A stretch of DNA of 32,000 bases from Pseudothioglobus sp. nBUS_23 (lineage in GTDB: Bacteria > Pseudomonadota > Gammaproteobacteria > PS1 > Pseudothioglobaceae). A program made the position numbers and the translations under genes. The notes under the pieces were generated by a model. It was not told where the DNA came from. It did no database searches and was given only the letters and a program-made list of their open reading frames with translations. Below, one piece after another: positions 7,975 through 14,609 of the stretch. Position 1 is the stretch's first letter. Each line of letters starts with the position of its first letter. The DNA is taken from assembly GCF_051201565.1 (NCBI RefSeq), contig NZ_CP179200.1, positions 840,001 to 872,000 of the forward strand, in the 5' to 3' direction.

Positions 7975-8991
7975 ATGAGTGATAAAGATAACTTCTATAT
8001 TTATTTGTTCATAGATCCAAAATCCGGTGAGACTATATATGTTGGCAAAGGGCAGAAATCTAGAATGTTTCAACATATCAACAATTCCTCAAATGATAGA
8101 CTTCAGAAAACAATTAATTCTAGACTTAATGATGGGTTTGAAATCAATCCAGTAAAAGTGTGTGAAACAAATGATGAAAAGCATGCCTTTCTTCTTGAAA
8201 AAGCTTTAATCAAGCTATTTGGAAGGGCAGATCAGGGCGAAGGAACGCTTTTTAATAATACTGATGGAGGTGATGGAGTTTCAAACCCTAGCAAGGAAGT
8301 CAGAGAAAAACAAGCACAGGCCATGTTTAAGCGCTTTGGAACTGAAGAAATTTTGAGGTTTAAGAATATAGATACTCAAGAAACATTTGAAGGATCGTCT
8401 AATGATTTATCTAAATATTTAAATATTAAATCAACACAAGTTAGAAAATTATTTACTGACGATAGTGTTAAGTCAGTTAAAGGCTGGGTATTAGATAATT
8501 ATGATGGAACAGTAAATTTGTATAACAAAGAATATGAGTTTATCAATGTATTCGATGGTGAAAAATTTACTGGCAAACAAAAAGATTTTGCCAATACTAA
8601 AAAATTATCGTATTCACTCGTCAGTCAGCTAGTTAAAGGAAATCAGAGTCATGCAAATGGATGGGTATTAAAGGGAGATGAGGCGTCAGTTCGTCCAACT
8701 ATTAAAAGAACAAGCTCTGGTAAGGTTTATAAAATTAGAAGACCTTGGGAAATGCCAACCTTTACAATAAATTCTAAAGAAGCTTATTTACTTGCAGGGT
8801 ATCTAGAAGAGAGATGGAGGCAAGATGGCTCAAAAAAAGATGCGAGTGTGAGAAAAATACTTAAAGATATGGGTATAGATTTCAAGGGAAAAGTGCATAA
8901 TTTTGAACGAATTTTTAATAAAATTAAAAATGAAGAATTTGTTCCATCTGGAGATAAAGGTTGGCAGGAATTTTTTAAATTAAATCAATAG
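7975..8991 (+). CDS. GIY-YIG nuclease with two NUMOD1-like HTH modules (homing-endonuclease-like architecture)
   Basis: The N-terminus FYIYLFIDPKSGETIYVGKGQKSRMFQH ... EKALIKLFG ... LFNNTDGG fits the GIY-YIG pattern (GIY, YVG, R, E, N). Two later segments, FEGSSNDLSKYLNIKSTQVRKLF...KGWVL and FTGKQKDFANTKKLSYSLVSQLVKG...NGWVL, resemble the DNA-binding HTH modules of Seg/I-TevI-type enzymes. Confidence 0.75.
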   Translation: MSDKDNFYIYLFIDPKSGETIYVGKGQKSRMFQHINNSSNDRLQKTINSRLNDGFEINPVKVCETNDEKHAFLLEKALIKLFGRADQGEGTLFNNTDGGDGVSNPSKEVREKQAQAMFKRFGTEEILRFKNIDTQETFEGSSNDLSKYLNIKSTQVRKLFTDDSVKSVKGWVLDNYDGTVNLYNKEYEFINVFDGEKFTGKQKDFANTKKLSYSLVSQLVKGNQSHANGWVLKGDEASVRPTIKRTSSGKVYKIRRPWEMPTFTINSKEAYLLAGYLEERWRQDGSKKDASVRKILKDMGIDFKGKVHNFERIFNKIKNEEFVPSGDKGWQEFFKLNQ

Positions 8992-9025
8992 TCAAATCAA
9001 CTTTTCAGGTGAGCATTTTTTAATT

Positions 9026-9304
9026 TCATTCATTTTTGACTAGTTGATCGATATATGCATCTAATCTTTCAATTTTTTCTTCGATTACAGAGGAATATGA
9101 AGGGGTTACAGAGGATATTTCTATTAATTGAGGCCCTTGCCTTGATAAGCTTTCTTTGAGCTTCAATTCCCCTATAAACCTTGATAGTTGCTTTTGATTT
9201 GAAAAATAGTGATGTCTGTCTCTTTTTCCCGAGGATTTTTCAATAAGAATCCAGTTGTATTTGTCAGTTTTGATAAACAATCGATTATCACCTAATGAGA
9301 TCAT
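9026..9304 (-). CDS. hypothetical protein (92 aa), translationally coupled to the AlpA-like gene
   Basis: Its ATG overlaps the upstream stop (ATGA). No recognisable motifs. Confidence 0.55.
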   Translation of the reverse strand: MISLGDNRLFIKTDKYNWILIEKSSGKRDRHHYFSNQKQLSRFIGELKLKESLSRQGPQLIEISSVTPSYSSVIEEKIERLDAYIDQLVKNE

Positions 9305-9534
9305 TTTGATTCTCCATCCCTCTCAACGCGCTTATCTTCGAGCCATTGTATGATTTCTTCGTAAAACCAGGCAGAACTTCTCTCACCAAGCTTTATTTGT
9401 CTAGGAAAAGAGTTGTCTTTAATCTGCCTGTAAATACTGGCAGTGCTTAATGTAGTAAGATGTTTAACTTCATTAAGCTTAATCACTTTATTAAATGATT
9501 TTCCTAAACTGCTTGAGTCACTATTTTTGGTCAT
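9301..9534 (-). CDS. alpA: AlpA-family (MerR-type HTH) transcriptional regulator / excisionase-like
   Basis: LTTLSTASIYRQIKDNSFPRQIKLGERSSAWFYEEIIQWLE matches the AlpA/Vis pattern. It is 77 aa, a typical size and island context for this family. Confidence 0.8.
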   Translation of the reverse strand: MTKNSDSSSLGKSFNKVIKLNEVKHLTTLSTASIYRQIKDNSFPRQIKLGERSSAWFYEEIIQWLEDKRVERDGESK

Positions 9535-9560
9535 GATAAATAATTGAAAATAATGGTGTC

Positions 9561-9588
9561 TAATATATTAACCATTTTGAAAATGTCA
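9561..9588 (-). promoter_or_regulatory. candidate sigma70 promoter for the alpA-like operon
   Basis: On the minus strand: TTGACA (9588-9583), 16 bp, TATATT (9566-9561), about 27 nt upstream of the ATG at 9534. Confidence 0.45.
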
Positions 9589-9864
9589 AATATATTTTAA
9601 TTTTTTTGGATTTTTAATTTGATTAAAACCCTTTCATAATAGGGGATACAGCCTTAATTAATTGATATTTGTCTGGTTTTCGATTAGTATTAATAGTCAT
9701 AAAAGTTTGCCTGAGACTAGTTAAATTGCGGGATTGTGAATTACCCTTGGTAATGATGCTGGAAGAACCTATAGTTTTTAATAAGATTTTCCCTTTAATT
9801 TTTTTTTATTTTTTTCCTTATATATAAATCTTTATTATTAAAAGCTTTGTTATTATTAATACGT

Positions 9865-10040
9865 TCCGATTTTCGGAGAATGCGATAATCGGACATCCGA
9901 TAATCGGACTTTGGCTTTTATCTTTTGTCTGATTTTCGGACTTTTATTTCGACCCATAGTCTGATTTTCGGACTTTTATTTCGACCCATAGTCTGATTTT
10001 CGGACTTTTATTTCGACCCATAGTCTGATTTTCGGACTTT
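9865..10040. repeat. array of 7 inverted-repeat boxes, including 3.5 tandem copies of a 32-bp unit (operator or iteron array)
   Basis: Boxes of the form TCCGA-N3-TCGGA start at 9865, 9881, 9896, 9928, 9960, 9992 and 10024. The boxes at 9865 and 9896 have perfect arms. Those at 9928, 9960, 9992 and 10024 read TCTGA-TTT-TCGGA (one mismatch), and the box at 9881 reads TGCGA-TAA-TCGGA (one mismatch). The 32-bp unit GTCTGATTTTCGGACTTTTATTTCGACCCATA is repeated exactly at 9927, 9959 and 9991, with a partial copy at 10023-10040. Confidence 0.9.
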
Positions 10041-10091
10041 GCTTTAGCAGCGCATTTTTATGTGTTTTCAATGAAGATTATTTATTTACTA

Positions 10092-10120
10092 TTGAATACT
10101 TAAATGAGAAGGTGTATATT
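10092..10120 (+). promoter_or_regulatory. candidate sigma70 promoter for the three leader-bearing ORFs
   Basis: TTGAAT (10092-10097), 17 bp, TATATT (10115-10120). The predicted transcription start falls just upstream of leader copy 1. Confidence 0.5.
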
Positions 10121-10138
10121 TGAGATTGATTTAAGAAA

Positions 10139-10212
10139 TGGTTCACTTTACGAACTGGGCATTTGTTCCTATTGTCGCCCTAGGATTTCCCTTAAAGTAC
10201 TAAAACGGAGGT
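10139..10212 (+). promoter_or_regulatory. conserved leader element, copy 1 (variable hairpin plus invariant 58 nt ending in the SD)
   Basis: Hairpin GTTC-ACTTTAC-GAAC (10141-10155), then the invariant CTGGGCATTTGTTCCTATTGTCGCCCTAGGATTTCCCTTAAAGTACTAAAACGGAGGT (10155-10212). The ATG follows at 10217. Confidence 0.8.
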
Positions 10213-10216
10213 TTAT

Positions 10217-10642
10217 ATGTCACAACAAAATCACTCTGACTCTGGTCAGTTTTCGAAGATATTAAGTCTTAAATTTATACTCGGAAGTTGGCCATTAGGC
10301 TACAAACTTATCCTTGAGGGTAATGCAGTTAATGTTACTCCAGACCCATGCTCATTCAATAATGAACCAATGACTTGTATCCCATCTATTGAAGAGTGGA
10401 ATAAATTCTTGGAAAGTATTGAACGACTTGATGTTTTAAATTGGAAAGAAAGTTATATTGATCCATCAATTTTGGATGGAACTCAGTGGCTTTTTCAAAT
10501 TAGAACTGAATCATTTGAAATAGATACTGGAGGCTCAAACGCATACCCTGAAAATTTCAATGGATTGATTACGTCAATTAATAAGCTGATTCCTCTTCCT
10601 TGCTTCACTTTAGGTAGTCCGATATGCGTCGATATTATTTAA
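10217..10642 (+). CDS. hypothetical protein (141 aa)
   Basis: GGAGG SD 5 nt upstream. No recognisable motifs. Confidence 0.65.
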   Translation: MSQQNHSDSGQFSKILSLKFILGSWPLGYKLILEGNAVNVTPDPCSFNNEPMTCIPSIEEWNKFLESIERLDVLNWKESYIDPSILDGTQWLFQIRTESFEIDTGGSNAYPENFNGLITSINKLIPLPCFTLGSPICVDII

Positions 10643-10677
10643 AGTCAGGCACTATTTATATATAGAACATAAAGGGC

Positions 10678-10751
10678 TGGTTTACCTTACAAACTGGGCA
10701 TTTGTTCCTATTGTCGCCCTAGGATTTCCCTTAAAGTACTAAAACGGAGGT
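10678..10751 (+). promoter_or_regulatory. conserved leader element, copy 2
   Basis: Hairpin GTTT-ACCTTAC-AAAC (10680-10694), then the same 58 nt (10694-10751). The ATG follows at 10756. Confidence 0.8.
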
Positions 10752-10755
10752 TATT

Positions 10756-11190
10756 ATGTCACACCCTTACCAAAACCATATAACGGTTGTTATAGGCAAT
10801 CCTGATGAAAAATTCAAAACTAAGGTTTCAGAAACTGCATTTGATGAATGCAGGACTGAAGAAGAAGTTTGGGTTGAGTATGTATTAAGAACTTTTGATA
10901 TTGGCACAATGCAGTTTGAGCCTGACTACAAAAGTCCTATTGATAAAGCTCTTACAAATCTTCTTGGAGAAGAAGTGCGTCTTGCTAAGCCTTTTCATGG
11001 TTTTACAAACAATGATGGAAGAACTTTTCCAGTCGTTATGTTTTTTGAAGAGTTCATACAAGATCTGTCAGGCAATCCAATATCCATTCTAAAGTTTAAT
11101 GATCAAATGCTTAGGCAGCTTGGTGAATACTTTAAAAGAACGATTAAGTCAGATTGGATTCATATCTCATCAACATTTACATATAGCTGA
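10756..11190 (+). CDS. hypothetical protein (144 aa)
   Basis: GGAGG SD upstream. No recognisable motifs and no similarity to the preceding ORF. Confidence 0.65.
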   Translation: MSHPYQNHITVVIGNPDEKFKTKVSETAFDECRTEEEVWVEYVLRTFDIGTMQFEPDYKSPIDKALTNLLGEEVRLAKPFHGFTNNDGRTFPVVMFFEEFIQDLSGNPISILKFNDQMLRQLGEYFKRTIKSDWIHISSTFTYS

Positions 11191-11204
11191 AATTAAGTCT
11201 AGAT

Positions 11205-11278
11205 TGGCTCACTTAATGAGCTGGGCATTTGTTCCTATTGTCGCCCTAGGATTTCCCTTAAAGTACTAAAACGGAGGT
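11205..11278 (+). promoter_or_regulatory. conserved leader element, copy 3
   Basis: Hairpin GCTC-ACTTAAT-GAGC (11207-11221), then the same 58 nt (11221-11278). The ATG follows at 11284. Confidence 0.8.
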
Positions 11279-11283
11279 ATAAG

Positions 11284-11430
11284 ATGGGTAAAGTTACCAT
11301 TAAAAAGCTACCAAAAGATCATCCTATTTTTAAAGCTGGATGGGTTATTTCATCACATAAGAATCAATCTGAAAAGATAAAAATTTATGAGAAGAAAAAA
11401 CTAGCCAAAAAAGACCAAAACAAAAAGTGA
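11284..11430 (+). CDS. small lysine-rich protein (48 aa), below the ORF-track length cutoff
   Basis: I translated it by hand: MGKVTIKKLPKDHPIFKAGWVISSHKNQSEKIKIYEKKKLAKKDQNKK, stop TGA at 11428-11430. It has the same leader and SD as the two upstream ORFs, which is the main argument that it is real. Confidence 0.45.
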   Translation: MGKVTIKKLPKDHPIFKAGWVISSHKNQSEKIKIYEKKKLAKKDQNKK

Positions 11431-11437
11431 TCTCATT

Positions 11438-11472
11438 AAGCCAGAGTTAATAAGAATGATCGACTCTGGCTT
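11438..11472. terminator. hairpin between convergent genes (candidate bidirectional terminator)
   Basis: Perfect 10-bp stem AAGCCAGAGT / ACTCTGGCTT with a 15-nt loop. There is no clean T-run directly after it on either strand. Confidence 0.4.
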
Positions 11473-11502
11473 ATAATAAGACTGATAGTTAAAGCTTTGA
11501 AG

Positions 11503-13098
11503 TTAGCTAAGGCTGAATTTATTTAATATCTCAGTATATGCAGCAGCAATGAGCTCAATATGATGTTGAAGCTCGTCACGATCCAAAGTATCTGCTAGTT
11601 GTGATCTAGAAATCTCTAGATTATTTCCAATAATTCCAATTGAAACCATATGGCTATGAATTATTTCTAATAATTGAGCTCTCGATGATTTTTTGTCAAA
11701 TAAATTCGCACTGTTTGGAATTAATGCATTGATGATTAAGTTGCGCTTTTCTTTTGTAACCGAGCAGGGCATCATAGAGAGAGTAATTGGAACCTTAAGG
11801 CCATTATTTTGAACATTAATTTGAATTGAATCATTAGGCCCTGGTTTTGGGTTGAATTTAAATGACTTAAGTCTTTCAACTACAATCATCAATTCAGGGT
11901 CAGGTTTGATTTCTTTTGAAGCTATTTCAATGCCATTAATTAATAGCTTTGATTGTGAGCCAAAGCCATTTAAATTTTGTTCTAGAGATGAAATTACAGA
12001 GTAGTTTGAAGAATTAGCAATATTCTCTGAAAGCATTAAATATTTATCAAGCTCATCTCTATTATTTCTCCATAAACTACCTGCAAGATAGTTAGTTTTG
12101 TCTCTAAATAAAGTTAAAAATTCAGCTATTGCTGCAACAGTTTTTCCTGCGTTAAGTGAATTTATATGATGGTCAAGTGACTCTTGATTATCAGATATGC
12201 ATGCAAGAAAAATTGATCGTTGTAAAACGCGATCCTTATCACCCAATTCAGATGGTGATTCAATACCAATTAAAATATTTTGAGTTTTATCTAATATCCT
12301 CGGAATAACTGGATTAATAGTTTCTTCATGAGTTACAAATCTAATAGGCTTTTGACTTGATGCATGAAGCGTCATTTCTTTGATAATCTCTTGTGATGAA
12401 AATTTGATATTGATTAACTCGCCATTATCAGAAATGCCCAATTTTTTTAAGCTAAAAATATAGAGTCTTAGTAACTGAAATTCATATTCCTGAATCTTTT
12501 TTGAGAGCTGAACTTCATCCAGAACTTTTTCTGTTAGCTCATAACAAATTTCAAAGGGGGTGCTGCCTGTAATTTTTGAAGAATAGTTGAAATCAATATT
12601 TAGTTTTTTGTATAGACCAACCACAGCTATATTTAAACTAGTTAGATGATTTACATGAAGCGCTCTTTGTGTAATTTTTGAAGCAGGCGGTAATACCCTG
12701 CTGCGCTTTAATTTACTTGTTTTTTCACGAACTTCAAATTCAAATAATTCAATGGGTAAATCAGGAAGCATTGAAAATGAAGCAATAAAGTTATCTTTCG
12801 TTTTTTGATCGAAGAATATAATTTTTTTTATATTTGAAATTGCTATAGGCCCATCTAGCATGAGATATTTAAATGTTTTCTTTTTTGCCGGTATAGCTGA
12901 CTTAACTGAAGTTATTTCTAAGCATAAATCATGCGTAATTTCATCAATAGAGCCTACAACAGAAACTTTTGGAAAGCTTAAAGACTGTATGTCACTATCA
13001 GGCTCAATGCTTGATGTCAGCCCAATAAAACCAGAGCTTAAATATTCCGGAAGTAGTGTTTTTTCCAAGGGTACAAAATATGTGTTTAGTTTATCCAT
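11503..13098 (-). CDS. hypothetical protein, last gene of the helicase operon (531 aa from ATG 13098; TTG alternative at 13104)
   Basis: Its start lies 2 nt after the upstream stop (or overlaps it by 4 nt if TTG is used). I found no Walker, nuclease, zinc-finger or TM motif. Confidence 0.8.
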   Translation of the reverse strand: MDKLNTYFVPLEKTLLPEYLSSGFIGLTSSIEPDSDIQSLSFPKVSVVGSIDEITHDLCLEITSVKSAIPAKKKTFKYLMLDGPIAISNIKKIIFFDQKTKDNFIASFSMLPDLPIELFEFEVREKTSKLKRSRVLPPASKITQRALHVNHLTSLNIAVVGLYKKLNIDFNYSSKITGSTPFEICYELTEKVLDEVQLSKKIQEYEFQLLRLYIFSLKKLGISDNGELINIKFSSQEIIKEMTLHASSQKPIRFVTHEETINPVIPRILDKTQNILIGIESPSELGDKDRVLQRSIFLACISDNQESLDHHINSLNAGKTVAAIAEFLTLFRDKTNYLAGSLWRNNRDELDKYLMLSENIANSSNYSVISSLEQNLNGFGSQSKLLINGIEIASKEIKPDPELMIVVERLKSFKFNPKPGPNDSIQINVQNNGLKVPITLSMMPCSVTKEKRNLIINALIPNSANLFDKKSSRAQLLEIIHSHMVSIGIIGNNLEISRSQLADTLDRDELQHHIELIAAAYTEILNKFSLS

Positions 13099-13100
13099 TA

Positions 13101-14609
13101 TCAAAGCTCGATTTTATCTTTAATTTCCTTTATAGAAAAATTGTTCAATTCTACTAGTGTATCAAGAATTGACTCCTCTAGATTATTTGTTGCACTCAAT
13201 CTATCGTTAATTAATTGAGGAATATGGCCATATTCAAATTGACCAGAAACAGCCTCAATAATGACTTGTTTGGTAGTTTCAAGATCCATTTTAGATAGCT
13301 TTTTTGCTAAATCCCCATATAAATCCCTAGCTACTGTTGAAGCTGATGCAAGCCAGTCAACATCATTTAACATATCTTCTAATACTGGATTTTGTAAATC
13401 CTTTTCAAGGGTGGTATAGGTGCATAAAGGCTCACTATCACTATGTGAAGGAAATAATCTTAAAACATCTTTAAAGCCTCCATTATCAGGAGATCCTTCA
13501 ACCATAAAAAATAAGTGTTCTCTTGGTCTAGATGAAACTACATAAAGTTTCTTAAAACCATCAATTTCATTACCTGCGCTGAGATATAAGCCTGCAAGAT
13601 TAATAACAAATACAACATCAAACTCTAAACCCTTAGAATTGGCTTGATGAATAATAGTTATAGAGGGAGGTTTATCAAACTGTAAGCTTTCCCAGTCATT
13701 GAGTTTGAAAGTATCTTTACCAATATAAGTTTGCACATGATATTTTGATTGATTTGATTCAAGAATTTTTTTAATTGAGGAATAAACAAACTTAACATCC
13801 TTATTTTTGCCTAAAACCACCACACCAACCTCCTTATTTGTCTGGACGTTGCAGTAGTTAGCGATATGCTCTATTTGACTATTAAGATCTTTATTTACAA
13901 ATATAACTGGTTTAATTCCTTCATGATCAGGCAAACTAACTGTTCCAGCTCCTAAAACTTGAAAATGCCTAGCGAATTTTGCAACTTCTTTAGTGTTCCG
14001 ATAATTTTTATCTACTCTCCAGTATCTTCTGTTTCTTGCAGTTGCATTTATTTCAGATCTAATTTCTGAGATAGTCGAATTAACATCAGTAATTGTTTGA
14101 TTTTCATCTGCAAAAACACTTAAAGTAAGCGTTGGATCTTTTTGGTTATTTACATAGTTCATTAAGGTGGAGTACATTTTTTTTGGAAAATCTTGCCCTT
14201 CATCAATAATTAGATGCCCCCAATGAAGTTTCTTTTTTTGACTATCTGTTGCGTTAGCTATATTTTGATCAATTTTCGACCAATTAATCTCCCATGGTTT
14301 ACGATAAGTTGTTGGAAAGCTTCTCTCTCCAAATGCAGATTCATACCATTCCTTTGCCCATTCATTAATATGAACTACCTTAACATTTTTTGGCAAACCT
14401 TCAAAATTAGAAGTGTATTGCCTTAAGGTTTTATTAAACATTCCAACAATTACATTTCCTGATTTTGCCAGTCTTGTAGCCCGATGCATTGCGAGAACAG
14501 TTTTTCCTGACCCTGGAGGACCAACTATTAAGACACCCTTATCTTGGGGAGATTCTGAGTAGACGTTCCTTTGGTCTTGGTCTAAATCTGCAAATGCGGG
14601 AAATTTCAT
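13101..14609 (-). CDS. UvrD/Rep-like SF1 helicase-family ATPase
   Basis: Walker A VGPPGSGKT, Walker B LIIDEGQDF, NYRNT, KGLEFDVVFV and LYVVSSRPREHLFF are present in SF1 order. 502 aa. Confidence 0.85.
   Translation of the reverse strand: MKFPAFADLDQDQRNVYSESPQDKGVLIVGPPGSGKTVLAMHRATRLAKSGNVIVGMFNKTLRQYTSNFEGLPKNVKVVHINEWAKEWYESAFGERSFPTTYRKPWEINWSKIDQNIANATDSQKKKLHWGHLIIDEGQDFPKKMYSTLMNYVNNQKDPTLTLSVFADENQTITDVNSTISEIRSEINATARNRRYWRVDKNYRNTKEVAKFARHFQVLGAGTVSLPDHEGIKPVIFVNKDLNSQIEHIANYCNVQTNKEVGVVVLGKNKDVKFVYSSIKKILESNQSKYHVQTYIGKDTFKLNDWESLQFDKPPSITIIHQANSKGLEFDVVFVINLAGLYLSAGNEIDGFKKLYVVSSRPREHLFFMVEGSPDNGGFKDVLRLFPSHSDSEPLCTYTTLEKDLQNPVLEDMLNDVDWLASASTVARDLYGDLAKKLSKMDLETTKQVIIEAVSGQFEYGHIPQLINDRLSATNNLEESILDTLVELNNFSIKEIKDKIEL

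Noticed and set aside
9927-10040. 32-bp exact direct repeats, considered as a possible CRISPR array
   Set aside because: The units are directly contiguous with no spacers, there are only 3.5 copies, and no cas genes are present. The repeat contains a protein-operator-like inverted repeat instead.
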